Positions 23,467 through 47,162 of a stretch of DNA of 64,000 nt are shown here, piece after piece; within the stretch, counting starts at the first letter, position 1; each line of letters starts with the position of its first letter. The translations under genes were made by a program, and so were the position numbers. The notes under the pieces are model-generated. The model searched no databases. It saw only the letters and a program-made list of their open reading frames with translations, and was not told the origin of the DNA. Source of the DNA: Eledone cirrhosa (taxonomy: Eukaryota); assembly GCA_964016885.1 (NCBI GenBank), contig CAXHJY010000497.1, positions 5,822 to 69,821 on the forward strand, in the 5' to 3' direction.

Positions 23467-23682
23467 ATATATATATAAACAACTATCTGGTTGTGGAACC
23501 AACCAACCAACCAGAAATTTATAAATTTGTAAATTTATAAATATATATTAAATTAAATTGAAGTGAAAGCAACTGGTGCGTGTGTTTCTTATTGGCAACA
23601 TGACCCTCCCAAAGTATAACAATATCGGTTTCAACACACGATTTCAGATAAAGAATCTTGCTAAACAAATTCAGAAACGAAA

Positions 23683-33040
<9,358 letters not shown>

Positions 33041-35751
33041 CATCATCATCATCATCATCATCATCAGGTTTAGCGTCCGTGTTCCACGCTTGCATGGGTT
33101 TGGACGGGGGTTTTCCCACTTGAGGCAAGAGTGGTTGTCTTGCTCGCATAGGACTGTCTGGCGGGTTTTCTACAGTTGGATGCCCTTCCTAACACCAACC
33201 ACATTTACAGTGTGGGGCTGGGAGGTTTTTACCGTGTTGCCTACACGGCCACATTACAGCGTCGACTGTCTGGCGGGTTTTCTACAGCTGGATGCCCTTC
33301 CTAACACCAACCACATTTACAGTGTGGGGCTGGGAGGTTTTTACCGTGTTGCCTACACGGCCACATTTACAGCGTGGACTGTGTGTTTTTTGTCGTGACA
33401 CCTACACGATCTCATTTGTTTCGGCCTGGATGTTGTGGGACCAACATAACTTTACATTGAAAGGGGCGGTGTGGGTGGGGTGGAGGGTGGTGGGACGGGG
33501 GTGTGTTTTGATAGAGATGCCTACTGACTGTAGTAGGTTTTTACTTTGTATTTAGGTAAGGCGGGTCTTCTCTATTACTGAGTACCGCCAAAGGTCTCGG
33601 TCCAGTGACATTGTCTTGGAGAGGTGTAAGCGTGTGAGGTCGGAATTTATCAGCTCGTCCCATGTTTTTCTGGGTCTGCCTACTCCGTGGCTACCGTCTA
33701 TCTTTATTGCCCTGCACTTTCTTATACAGCTGTCGTCTTTCATGCGCATCACGTGACCGTACCAACGTAGCCTTCTCTCGAGTAAACAACATCTGATCCC
33801 TCTTATTTCTAATTTTTTCCTTAGTTCGTTTATGCTTTGCCGTTCACGTATATTACTATTGCACATCCAGCGGAGCATGCAAGCTTCGTTCCTCTCTATT
33901 CTGCGTATATCCTCTGCACACAATGCCCAGGTCTCACTGCCATGCAGCATTGCTGTTCGTATGCAGGCATCGTATAACCTGCCTTTCATTTTTAGGGAGA
34001 ACCCTCTAGCGGCTAATAGTGGTATAAGCTCTCTGAACTTTTTCCATCCAGTTCTGACTCTAGCTACTGTACTTTCAGAGCACCCTCCCCCACTGCTGAT
34101 TTTGTCACCCAGATAACGGAAGCTGTCCACTATTTCTATAGAACCCTCTGCGCAGTTGAAGGGGCTAGTATTTTGTGGGCACTTGCTGCTACTTATTGCA
34201 CCAGAGCACCGGCCACATGTAAAATCTATGTTCTTAGTTAGCTTACCTGTGATCCCACTACATCTTTTATGCACCCATACTTTGCATTTGGGACATAAAA
34301 TGGAGTTTCTACCTACGCCTTTCCTACACACTGAGCATGGCCATTTCCCCGATGGGACCGCCGCCTTATTTTCTTTCCTACAAACTAGAACTTTAGTCTT
34401 AGCCAGGTTAATTTTAAGGCCTTTTGATTCTAGGCCGTGCTTCCACGTTTGGAATTTCTTCTCTAGTTCGGTCATTGATTCAGCTATGAGCGTTAGATCA
34501 TCTGCGTATAGGAGTTCCCATGGGCAGCCGGTCTTGAACTCCTCTGTTATAGCCTGAAGGGCAATAATAAATAGTAGGGGGCTAAGAACAGAGCCCTGAT
34601 GGACACAAACTTTTACGCTAAACTCTTCACTATATTCGTTGTTAATTCTAACCTTACTGACTGTTTCTTTATACATGGTTTGTATAGCTCTCACAAGCCA
34701 TTCGTCAACACCTAGTTTTCTAAGAGACCACCAGATAATGGAACGGGGGACTCTGTCGAAGGCTTTCTCCAAGTCGACGAAAGCTAAGTATAGGGGTTTA
34801 CTTTTAGCTAGGTACTTCTCCTGTAGTTGTCGTACAATGAAAAGAGCGTCTGTGGTACTTTTGCCTGACACAAACCCGAACTGCATTTCATCTAGATCAA
34901 TTCTCTCTCTGATTAGTTGCGCTATTACTTTTTCCGTGACCTTCATGACCTGGTCGATTAATTTAATGCCTCTATAGTTACTCCTGTCTAGGGCATCTCC
35001 TTTTCCCTTATAGCAGTTAACGATGATGCTGCTACGCCATTCCTTCGGAACAACCCCATTCTGTACGACTTGGTTAACTATCCGGGTGACCATGGTGTGT
35101 CCCACCGAACCAGATGCCTTCAGCATCTCAGCAACTATTTCCGAAGGCCCAGCCGCCTTACCCGTCTTCATATCTTTGATTGCCTTACTTATTATACTAC
35201 CTTCAACTAACACTGCTGGTCCCTCTATTGGATCGATCTGGGGGAGACTGTCTTTCTCCCATTTGTTCTCCTCATTTAGAAGCCTTTCGTAGTGACACTT
35301 CCAAGCTACCTTCTTATCAGCGTCGGTGATGGCAAGTATGCAATCATCGTTAAGTACACACTTCTCCCCGACAATATCACGGTTTTCCTTGACACATTGC
35401 CTGGCAATCCTGAACACCTCACGTTTTTGGTCCTCACGTTGTAGAACATGCTTGAACTTTCTTTCCTCTGCTTCCCTTCTTGCGAAGTACACTTGTCTCC
35501 TAGCTTCCCTCCTGGCCACTTGATAGTCTTCTCTACTTCCCCCATCCCGCCATACTTTCCAAGCCTGCTTTTTGGCCTTAATTGACTCCTCCACCTTACT
35601 GTTCCACCACCATGTTACTCTCCTCCTACCTACAGGCCTGCTCCAGCCACAGACTTCGTCTGCCGCCGTCAGCAGGTTTGCTCTCAGGAATTCCCACTGT
35701 TCCTCTATATTATACGACTCTAATTGCTCTTCCTTACTGTCGAAAGCGTCT
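33041..35751 (-). mobile_element. RTE-clade LINE family A, 5'-truncated, (GAT)n tail
   Basis: (CAT)n on plus at 33041-33066, ~490-bp 3' UTR, open RT frame up to the TA junction. Confidence 0.92.
33552..35751 (-). CDS. RTE reverse transcriptase with PHD-like Cys-rich region (5'-truncated; the true frame starts at DAFDSKEE)
   Basis: [40 protein letters not shown]...[29 protein letters not shown]. Confidence 0.88.
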
Positions 35752-35804
35752 ATACATATACATATATATACATATACATATATATACATATACATATATA
35801 TACA

Positions 35805-35842
<38 letters not shown>

Positions 35843-35861
35843 CATATATATATACATATAC

Positions 35862-35916
<55 letters not shown>

Positions 35917-35928
35917 CATATATATACA

Positions 35929-36004
<76 letters not shown>

Positions 36005-36005
36005 T

Positions 36006-36201
36006 CATCATCATCATCATCATTTCATTTTACGTCCGCTTTTCCCTGCTTGCAAGGGTGGGACGGGAACTGATTCTGGCTTGATTTCTACAGCTGGATG
36101 CCCTTCCTAACACCAACCTCATTTACAGTGAGTGCTGGGTGCTTTTTTGCCGTGGCACCTCCACGACCACTTTGCAGTGGAATGATAGGGACCCCAGTCC
36201 C
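36006..36201 (-). mobile_element. short RTE-derived non-autonomous element (RTE 5'-UTR motif joined to the family B 3' end)
   Basis: 3' end ttttacgtccgcttttccctgcttgcaagggtgggacggg matches 42289-42328; ggatgcccttcctaacacca...ctgggtgctttt matches 45419-45470. Confidence 0.75.
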
Positions 36202-36205
36202 TATG

Positions 36206-36397
<192 letters not shown>

Positions 36398-36458
36398 CAT
36401 ATATATATATACATATATATATATACACATATATATATATATACATATATATATATAC

Positions 36459-36533
<75 letters not shown>

Positions 36534-36588
36534 GATATATATATATATATAGATATATATATATATATATATATAGATATATATATAT

Positions 36589-36659
<71 letters not shown>

Positions 36660-36684
36660 GATATATATATATACATATACACAT

Positions 36685-36761
<77 letters not shown>

Positions 36762-36778
36762 CATATACATATATATAT

Positions 36779-36840
36779 CCACCCTTGCAAGCAGGGAAAA
36801 GCGGACGTAAAATGATGATGATGATGATGATGATGATGAT
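36779..36840 (+). mobile_element. extreme 3' fragment of RTE family B/SINE with (GAT)n tail
   Basis: ccacccttgcaagcagggaaaagcggacgtaaaa(tga)n is the reverse complement of 36028-36061. Confidence 0.8.
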
Positions 36841-36873
36841 ATATACATATATATATATATATACATATACATA

Positions 36874-37904
36874 TAACTTTGAATAACTTTGAAATGTTTT
36901 GGCCAGTATTGGCCCAGGCCATGTCTAACTTAATAGCACCACCTGGCGAAGTCTTTCAATTCAGGATTTGGGCACCATGGCCCATTCGAGAAGAGAATTA
37001 CTGTTTGCGGAGACATATCCGGGTGTGGGTGGTTTGTCCGGGATTACTTGGAGGAATTTGTCCAAAGACTTCTTGAATTTTGTGTGGTCAGTTTCTGTTT
37101 TGACGTGTCCTGGTGTGATGTTGAAGAGAGCAGGGCCGATTGAGGTGAAATAATTGTGCCGTATTGTTGTTATGAGTTGCGATTTAGATTTTTGAATGGG
37201 ACGGATAGCACGGGGCCCAAGCCTTGGGTGTATCTTGAAGGCGATGCCAACATCATTTGGGCAGTGATGATGGAACATTTTCCACATCATGCAGATAATA
37301 TAACGCTCACGGCGACGTTGGAGTGAGTAAAGTTTCAGGTTTTCCAATCGACCCCAGTAGTCAAGGTCTGACATGCCATCTATCTTTTTCGTGATTGCCC
37401 TTTGAGGAGCTTCAAGTTTCATGATACTTTGTTTCGTGTGGGGAGACCACAGTGGACAACAGTATTCAAGGTGTGGTCGGGCGAAAGTAGAGAAGAGAAG
37501 GATAATGGTGCGGGAATCTCTCGACTGGAAGGTTCTGAGGATCCAGGAACACATTCTGCGGGCCATGTCAACTTTGCTGCTTATATGCGTGGTCCAGCTT
37601 ATGTTGCTGTCCACGGTTACTCCCAAGTCTCTGATGTTGTTAGATGCCACGAGAGTTTCCCCGGAGGGAAGGGAGTACGGGAGTTTCAGAGCATCCTCTT
37701 TTCCAAAGTGGATCAGTTCGAATTTGTCCTCGTTCAGTAACATGTTGTTCTTTTCTGCCCATTGGGTAACAGCCAGTAGGTCTGACTGAAGGCTTATCCG
37801 GTCATCCACGCCATTGATGACCTTTTGGAGCTTGGAATCATCAGCGAAAATTTTAATGTTGCTGTGTTTGATGATGTCAGTGATGTCATTAATATAGATG
37901 ATGA
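36874..37904 (-). mobile_element. CR1-like LINE family A, 5'-truncated copy (RT C-terminus 36961-37904)
   Basis: near-identical to 51323-52354; [29 protein letters not shown]; (TTCAAAGTTA)2 tail. Confidence 0.9.
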
Positions 37905-37915
37905 TATATACATAC

Positions 37916-37947
<32 letters not shown>

Positions 37948-38031
37948 ACATATACATATATATACATATATATATATACATATATATATATACATATATA
38001 TACATATATATATATACATATATATATATAC

Positions 38032-38074
<43 letters not shown>

Positions 38075-38155
38075 TATACATATATATATATATACATATA
38101 TATATACATATATATACATATATATATATATACATATATATATACATATATATAC

Positions 38156-38186
<31 letters not shown>

Positions 38187-38280
38187 CATATATATATATA
38201 CATATATATACATATATATATATATACATATATATATACATATATATATATACATATATATACATATATATATATACATA

Positions 38281-39613
38281 TACTCTTTTACTCTTTTACC
38301 TGTTTCAGCCATCCGGCTGAGGCCATGTTGGGGCACCGCCCTTGTTGCTACACATTTTATCTCCAGCCTGTATAGGTTGGCCACTGGTGTAGGAGGGAGT
38401 TTGTTGCTGCTGCCCTTAGGTTTCCCTCGTGTCTTGCTGTGGGCTCATCCGGGATCCTGGATAACAAGGTGTCGAGATGTTTCTTAAAGACATCCACCTC
38501 CACGTCATGCAAGTCTCGCAGATGCCTCGGCAGCCTGTTGAAGAGTTGAGGGCCCTTGAATCCCAGGCTATTGCAATACCTGCTCCTTATTCTAGATGTG
38601 GAAGACGGGACCTTTGGCACCACACAGTGACGTCCTGTTCGACGGTTGGTCCAGCTCCCAATGCCAAAGTTTGGTGCTAGTCCCTCCAGGACTATCTTCC
38701 ACATGTAGATATCTTCCACATGTAGATCACTGCGTATCTCTCCCGTCTTCGCTCCAAGGAGTAGAGGTTCAGTTCCTTCAGCCTCTCCCAGTAGCTTGTC
38801 TCCCTCATCTTGGCAATCCTCTTGGTGTAGCTTCGCTGGATTGCCTCAAGCTCTGTGGTTAGTTTGACACTATGGGGTGACCACAGCTGGGAGCAGTAGT
38901 CCAGGCGGCTTAGGACAAAAGTCCTCCACAGTGTCAACATGGTGTCTCGATCTCTTGTAAGGAAAGTCCTCAAGATCCAGCCAGCGAATCGTCTACATGC
39001 TGTCGCCACCTTCATGATGTGTGAAGAAAAAGATGCATCATCACTCATGTCTATGCCCAGGTCTCGTATCGATTTTGACACGGGGATATCGGTCCCTCCT
39101 GGTCCTGTGTAGCTGTGTTCCACTATATTTGTGTTTGTGTTTGCAGGTGTGTATTGTAGGGCTTGGAATTTGCCAGCATTAAACTGCATGTTGTTTTCTT
39201 CCGCCCATCTGTATATGGCATCCAGATCCTGCTGTAAGAGGGCAGTGTCAGCCGGGTTTTTGATTGCCTGTGCTACCTTAGTATCATCAGCATAGCTAGT
39301 GAGGGATGTTGTTGCATGCACCACAGAGGGCATGTCCGAGAGAGCCACCAAAAACAGTAGTGGTCCCAGGACTGTCCCCTGAGGCACCCCACTTGTTATC
39401 GGTGTTTCCCTCGAGAGGGCCCCATTTGCTGCAACTGCCTGGCTTCTGTCCCTTAGGAAGCCATGCAGCCACTCAGCTACTTTTCCAGTTATGCCGAGTC
39501 CGTGTAGTTTGTGACATATCATTCCGTGGTCGACCTTGTCAAAGGCCTTCGCAAAGTCAAGATATATCACGTCTACATGTGAGCTGTCTAGTAGTTGTCT
39601 CAGTACCCAGTCG
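38281..39613 (-). mobile_element. CR1-like LINE family B, 5'-truncated, frameshifted by a 17-bp duplication
   Basis: [40 protein letters not shown]; atcttccacatgtagat duplicated at 38694-38727; (AAAAGAGT)n tail. Confidence 0.9.
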
Positions 39614-39666
39614 TATATACATATATATATAAACATATATATATATATATACATATATATATAAAC

Positions 39667-39697
<31 letters not shown>

Positions 39698-39700
39698 AAC

Positions 39701-39731
<31 letters not shown>

Positions 39732-39764
39732 CATATATATATAAACATATATATATATATAAAC

Positions 39765-39813
<49 letters not shown>

Positions 39814-39816
39814 AAC

Positions 39817-39849
<33 letters not shown>

Positions 39850-39948
39850 CACATATATATATATATACACATATATATATATATACACATATATATATAT
39901 ATACACATATATATATATACACATATATATATATACATATATATATAC

Positions 39949-39990
<42 letters not shown>

Positions 39991-40046
39991 ATATACATAT
40001 ATATATACATATATACATATACATATATATATACATATATATATAC

Positions 40047-40078
<32 letters not shown>

Positions 40079-40540
40079 ACATATATATACATATATATAT
40101 ATATACATATACATATATATACATATATATATATATACATATACATATATATACATATACATATATATACATATACATATATATACATATATATACATAT
40201 ACATATATATACATATACATATATATACATATATATACATATACATATATATATACATATATATATATACATATATATATATACATATATATATATACAT
40301 ATATATATATACATATACATATATACATATATATATATACATATATATATATACATATATATATATACATATATATATATACATATATATATATACATAT
40401 ATATATATACATATACATATATACATATACCTATATACATATATACATATATATACATATATACATACATATATATACATATATACATATATATATATAC
40501 ATATATATATATACATATATATATATACATATATATATAC

Positions 40541-40571
<31 letters not shown>

Positions 40572-40656
40572 CATATATATATACATATATATATACATAT
40601 ATATATACATATATATATACATATATATATACATATATATATATATACATATATAC

Positions 40657-40727
<71 letters not shown>

Positions 40728-40918
40728 CATATATATATACATATATATATACATATATATACATATATATATACATATATATACATATATATATACATAT
40801 ATATATACATATATATACATATATATATACATATATATATACATATATATATACATATATATATACATATATATACACATATATATATACATATATATAT
40901 ACATATATATACATATAT

Positions 40919-40955
<37 letters not shown>

Positions 40956-41140
40956 TACATATATACATATACATATATACATATATACATATACATATAT
41001 ATATACATATATATATACATATATATATACATATATATATACATATATATATACATATATATATACATATATATACATATATATATATACATATATATAT
41101 ACATATATATATACATACATATATATATACATATATATAT

Positions 41141-42144
41141 CATCATCATCATCATCATCAACGTTTAACGTCCGTGTTCCACGCTTGCATGGGTTTGGAC
41201 GGGGGTAGTCCCACTTGAGGCAAGAGTGATTGTCTTGCTCGCATAGGACTGTCTGGCAGGTTTTCTACAGTTGGATGCCCTTCCTAACACCAACCACATT
41301 TACAGTGTGGGTCTGGGAGGTTTTTACCGTGTTGCCTACACGGCCACATTACAGCGTGGACTGTGTGTTTTTTTGTCGTGACACCTACACGATCTCATTT
41401 GTTTCGGCCTCGATGGCGCGGCACCAACATAACTTTACATAGAACGGGGTGGTGTGGATGGGGTGGGGGTGGTGGTGGTGGGACGGGGTGTATTTTGTTA
41501 GAGATGCCTACTGGCTGGAGTAGGTTTTACTATATATTTAGGTAAGGCGGGTCTTCTCTGTTACTGAGTACCGCCAAAGGTCTCGGTCCAGTGACATTGT
41601 CTTGGAGAGGTGTAAGTGTGTGATGTCGGAGTTTATCAGCTCGTCCCAGGTTTTTCTAGGTCTGCCTATTCCGTGACTACCGTCTATCTTTATTGCCCTG
41701 CACTTTGTTATACAGCTATCGACTTTCATGCGCATCACGTGTCCATACCAACGTAGCCTTCTCTCGAGTAAACAACATCTGATCCCTCTTATCTCTAATT
41801 TTTTCCTTAGTTCGTTTATGCTTTGCCGTTCACGTATATTACTGTTACACATCCAGCGGAGCATGCAAGCTTCGTTCCTCTCTAGTCTGCGTATATCCTC
41901 TGCACACAATGCCCAGGTCTCACTTCCATGCAGCATTGCTGTTCGTATGCAGGCATCGTACAACCTGCCTTTCATTTTTAGTGAGAACCCTTTAGCAGCT
42001 AATAGTGGTATAAGCTCTCTGAACTTTTTCCAACCAGTTCTGACTCTAGCTACAGTACTTTCAGAGCACCCTCCCCCACTGCTGATTTTATCGCCCAGGT
42101 AACGGAAGCTGTCCACTATTTCTATAGAACCCTCTGCGCAATTG
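41141..42144 (-). mobile_element. RTE-clade LINE family A, heavily 5'-truncated copy (ORF C-terminus 41538-42144)
   Basis: highly similar to 33041-34158; (CAT)n on plus at 41141-41160. Confidence 0.9.
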
Positions 42145-42265
42145 ATATATACATATATATATACATATATATACACATATATATATACATATATATATAC
42201 ATATATATACATATATATACATATAATATATATACATATATATACATATAATATATATACATATA

Positions 42266-45200
42266 CATCATCATCATCATCATCATCATTTTACGTCCGC
42301 TCTTCCCTGCTTGCAAGGGTGGGACGGGTCTTATTCAGCACAGCATCTCTCCACTCGTCACGGTCCCTCGTCATCTCCACCGTGAGCTTCAATGATCTGA
42401 GGTCTGCTCTCACCACCTCCGCCCATGTTTTTCGTGGTCTACCTCTACCACGTCTTCGTTCAACTGGCATTTTCTGGCACTTCTTCACCCATCGGTCATC
42501 CTCCATGCGCATCACATGTCCATACCACCTCAGTCTCCTCTCCCGTACACTACATTCTATCCCTCTCAGACACAGTTTCTCTCTCAACACATTTATGCTG
42601 GGTCGTTCACGCACATTTACACTGCACATCCAACGGAGCATGCTTGCCTCATTTCTCTCCAGCCGTCGCATATCTTCTGCGGTAGCTGCCCATGTCTCAC
42701 TACCATGCAGCATCGCGCTCCTCACACAGGCATCATACAACCGGCCTTTCGTACGCAGGGAGAAACCCTTCTTCGTCAACAGAGGAAGCAGCTCCCTAAA
42801 CTTCTTCCAACCCGTCCTTATTCTAGATACTATGGCCTCGGAACACCCTCCTCCCATGCTAATCTGATCTCCTAGGTACCGGAAGCTATCCACCACTTCT
42901 ATAGCGCCCTCTCGCATTTGAAAAATGTGTCTATCAGTGCGACTTCTACTGTCTAATTTCCCTGTACATCTACTGCATACATATTTCTCCCTACCTGTTA
43001 GTTTGCCTGCTATCCCGCTACATCTCTTGTGTACCCAGGACCTACATTGTGTGCATTTTATAGAATTTATGCCAGTTCCTTTTCTGCATATCGAACATGG
43101 CCATTTCCCTGACGGAATCAGGGTTTTGTCCTCTTTTCTACTCATCAACACTTTTGTCTTAGCTAGATTTACTCTCAGTCCTCTTGCTTCCAACTGCTGT
43201 TTCCATAGCCGGAATTTATTCTCTAGCTCCTCTACTGATTCTGCCATAAGAGCCAGATCGTCAGCATAGAGAAGTTCCCATGGACAGCCAGTCTTAAACT
43301 CCTCTGTTATGGCTTGGAGGACTATAATGAACAAGAGCGGGCTGAGGACCGAACCCTGATGTACTCCTACTTGTATCTGGAATTCCTCACTAAACTCCAT
43401 TCCTACCCTGACTTTATTGAGAGTACCTCTGTACAAAGTTTGCACTGTCCTTACAAGCCATTCCTCAAAACCCAGCTTCCTTAGGGACCACCAGATGACA
43501 GATCGGGGTACCCTATCAAAGGCCTTCTCTAGGTCAACAAAGGCTAAGTATAGTGGCTTATTCTTCTCTAAGAACCTCTCTTGCATTTGTCTCACCAAGA
43601 AGAGGGCATCTGTTGTACTCTTCCCAGGCACAAAACCAAACTGCATCTCATCTAGTTTGACCCTTTCTCTAATTAGTTGTGCTAAAATCCTTTCTGCCAC
43701 TTTCATAACCTGATCTATCAGTTTTATACCCCTATAATTGCTCCTCTCCAAAGCATCCCCTTTACCTTTGTAGCAATTTATGAGAATACTGCTGCACCAG
43801 TCTTTGGGTATGACACCACCATATATAGCCTGATTGATTATGCGTGCAACCAGTTTAGTGCCTACGTCCCCTGATGCCTTCAGCATCTCAGCAACTATTC
43901 CCGATGGTCCGGCCGCCTTACCATTCTTCATTTCCCTAATCGCCTCTTGGACCCTATATTCGTCAATCTCAATAGCTGGTCCCTCTGTCGGATCTACCAA
44001 GGGTAATTTTTCTCTCTCCCATTCGTTCTCCACATTCATCAGTCTCTCATAATGACATTTCCAGGCCTCCTTTTTCTGGTCATTCGTGACACTAAGTACA
44101 CCGGCATCATCCCGGACACATTTATCATAAACAACATCCTGATTTGCATTGACACACTGCCTTGCAATGTGGAACACCGCACGCCTCTGATCTTCCCGTC
44201 GCAGAACATTGGCAAACCTCCTACTCTCTGCCTCCCTGCGTGCTAAGTACACCTGGCGTCTAGCTTCTCTCTTAGTGGCTGTATATTCTTCCCTACTCCC
44301 ACCCTTATTCCAAGCCTTCCATGCTAGTCTTTTGTCTCTAATAGCCTTATCTACACTGCTGTTCCACCACCAGGTCACTCTCTGTCTGGTTGGAGCTCTG
44401 CTCCAGCCACAGGTTTCATCAGTAGCCTTCAGCAAGTTGTCACGTAAGAACTTCCAGTTATTATCTATGTCATACGTCTCTAAATCGTCTTCTTTTTCGT
44501 CATATACATCTTGAAGGGCTTTCCTAAATTTGAATTTTAGTGAAAGGTCTTTTAGCTTCCAGACCTTTCTTCTCCACACCTTCCTATATGTCTCATTCCA
44601 TCTCTTGCTTACTGAGATATCACTAACAACTAACCTATGCTGTGGGGTACATTCTTCCCCAGGGTATGCCTTGGTATTAGACACTATCTGCCTGTCCCGC
44701 TGCCTAACTAGCAGGAAGTCAATCTGGCTTATGTGCTCACCAGATTTGTAGGTTATTAGGTGATTGGCAGGTTTCTGGAAGTTTGTGTTGCAAATAGTCA
44801 ATGTACTTGCATCACAAAATTCAAGAAGTCTCACTCCTTCTTCATTTCTTGAACCATAACCGTGCCCACCATGTACCCCAGTGTAACCATCCTGGAGCTG
44901 TCCAACATGACCATTGAAGTCTCCTGCTAGCATAACGATGTCTCCGTCCTCTGTCATTGTGGTTGTTTGCAAGAGTTGCTCATAAAAGCAGTCTTTCTCA
45001 TCTTTGCCTAGGCCTGCTTGGGGAGCATAGACCGAGATGATTGTCAGTAGTCTCCTACCTACAACTAATCTAAGCTTAATTATTCGATTACTAACTCGAA
45101 CTACCTCTATTGTCTTATTGATCCATTTCTCAGCCAGGAAAATGCCTACTCCCCCTAACCCATCATCCTTACCTACCCAGAATAGCTTATAGCTAAGACG

Positions 45201-45553
45201 CTTGCCTACGACTAGTCTCGCAGAGGCACCTCTCCATCTCACCTCTTGCACGCAGCACACATCCACCTGCCTTCTCTCCAGCATCTCCGCTATTTCAGCA
45301 GATCTACCTCTGAGAGTGCCAACATTAAGTGTTGCAACTCTGAGATGCGACGTCTTCATATTTGTCTATGCTGTTTTGTTGCTGTGCTGATAAGCTTTTT
45401 GGCATTGATACGCTGGTTGGATGCCCTTCCTAACACCAGCGCCACTTTACAGCATGGACTGGGTGCTTTTATTTGTGCCACCAGCACTAGAGAGGATGTC
45501 TTACTAGACTCAAGGGGCCCTCTCTACCCCTCCATTTTACAGCATGGTCATTT
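42266..45553 (-). mobile_element. RTE-clade LINE family B, apparently full length
   Basis: ~190-bp 5' UTR, single intact ORF, (GAT)n tail, TA flanks. Confidence 0.93.
42291..45359 (-). CDS. RTE polyprotein: AP endonuclease + reverse transcriptase + PHD-like finger, 1022 aa
   Basis: [69 protein letters not shown]. Confidence 0.93.
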   Translation of the reverse strand: MKTSHLRVATLNVGTLRGRSAEIAEMLERRQVDVCCVQEVRWRGASARLVVGKRLSYKLFWVGKDDGLGGVGIFLAEKWINKTIEVVRVSNRIIKLRLVVGRRLLTIISVYAPQAGLGKDEKDCFYEQLLQTTTMTEDGDIVMLAGDFNGHVGQLQDGYTGVHGGHGYGSRNEEGVRLLEFCDASTLTICNTNFQKPANHLITYKSGEHISQIDFLLVRQRDRQIVSNTKAYPGEECTPQHRLVVSDISVSKRWNETYRKVWRRKVWKLKDLSLKFKFRKALQDVYDEKEDDLETYDIDNNWKFLRDNLLKATDETCGWSRAPTRQRVTWWWNSSVDKAIRDKRLAWKAWNKGGSREEYTATKREARRQVYLARREAESRRFANVLRREDQRRAVFHIARQCVNANQDVVYDKCVRDDAGVLSVTNDQKKEAWKCHYERLMNVENEWEREKLPLVDPTEGPAIEIDEYRVQEAIREMKNGKAAGPSGIVAEMLKASGDVGTKLVARIINQAIYGGVIPKDWCSSILINCYKGKGDALERSNYRGIKLIDQVMKVAERILAQLIRERVKLDEMQFGFVPGKSTTDALFLVRQMQERFLEKNKPLYLAFVDLEKAFDRVPRSVIWWSLRKLGFEEWLVRTVQTLYRGTLNKVRVGMEFSEEFQIQVGVHQGSVLSPLLFIIVLQAITEEFKTGCPWELLYADDLALMAESVEELENKFRLWKQQLEARGLRVNLAKTKVLMSRKEDKTLIPSGKWPCSICRKGTGINSIKCTQCRSWVHKRCSGIAGKLTGREKYVCSRCTGKLDSRSRTDRHIFQMREGAIEVVDSFRYLGDQISMGGGCSEAIVSRIRTGWKKFRELLPLLTKKGFSLRTKGRLYDACVRSAMLHGSETWAATAEDMRRLERNEASMLRWMCSVNVRERPSINVLREKLCLRGIECSVRERRLRWYGHVMRMEDDRWVKKCQKMPVERRRGRGRPRKTWAEVVRADLRSLKLTVEMTRDRDEWRDAVLNKTRPTLASREERT

Positions 45554-45664
45554 ATAATATATATACATATATACATATATATACATATATATACATATAT
45601 ATATATATACATATATATATATACATATATATACATATATATATATACATATACATATATATAC

Positions 45665-45727
<63 letters not shown>

Positions 45728-45917
45728 CATATATATACATATATATATATATACATATATATACATATATATATATGTACATATATATACATATACATAT
45801 ATATACATATATATACATACATATATATATACATATACATATATATACATATATATACATATACATATATATACATATATATACATATACATATATATAC
45901 ATATACATATATATACA

Positions 45918-45989
<72 letters not shown>

Positions 45990-46048
45990 CATATATATAC
46001 ATATACATATATATACATATACATATATATACATATACATATATATAC

Positions 46049-46101
<53 letters not shown>

Positions 46102-46448
46102 CAGAAATATATACATATATATATATATACAGAAATATATACATATATATATATATACATACATATATATATATATACATACATATATATATACATATAT
46201 ATACATATACATACATATATATATATACATATACATACATATACATATACATACATATATATATATATACATATACATATATATATATACATATATATAT
46301 ATATACATATACATATATATACATATACATACATATATATATATATATATACATACATATATATACATATACATACATATATATACATATACATACATAT
46401 ATACATATACATATATACATATACATATATATATATACATATATATAT

Positions 46449-46479
<31 letters not shown>

Positions 46480-46957
46480 CATACATATATACATATACAT
46501 ATATACATATATATATATACATATATATATATACATACATATATACATATATATATATACATACATATATACATATATATATATATACATATATATATAC
46601 ATACATATACATATATACACATATATATATATACATACATATATACACATATATATATATATACATATATACACATATATATATATATACATATATACAT
46701 ATATATATACATATATACATATATATATATATATACATACATATATACACATATATATATACATATATACATATATATATACATATATACACATATATAT
46801 ATATATACATACATTTATACACATATATATATACATATATACACATACATATATATATATACATACATATATACACATATATATATATATATATACATAT
46901 ACACATACATATATACACATATATATATATATATATACACATATAGATATATATACA

Positions 46958-46995
<38 letters not shown>

Positions 46996-47036
46996 CATAT
47001 ATATATACATATATATATATATACATATATATATAC

Positions 47037-47075
<39 letters not shown>

Positions 47076-47115
47076 CATATATATACATATAATATACTTA
47101 TATAGATATATATAC

Positions 47116-47162
<47 letters not shown>

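Larger units (their letters stand above)
19855..23682. mobile_element. Penelope-like retroelement, copy 3: inverted two-arm insertion (minus arm 19855-22197, plus arm 22198-23682)
   Basis: arms nearly identical over ~1.4 kb; junction tggtccc|caaaaacaaatcc; (TA)n on both sides. Confidence 0.94.
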
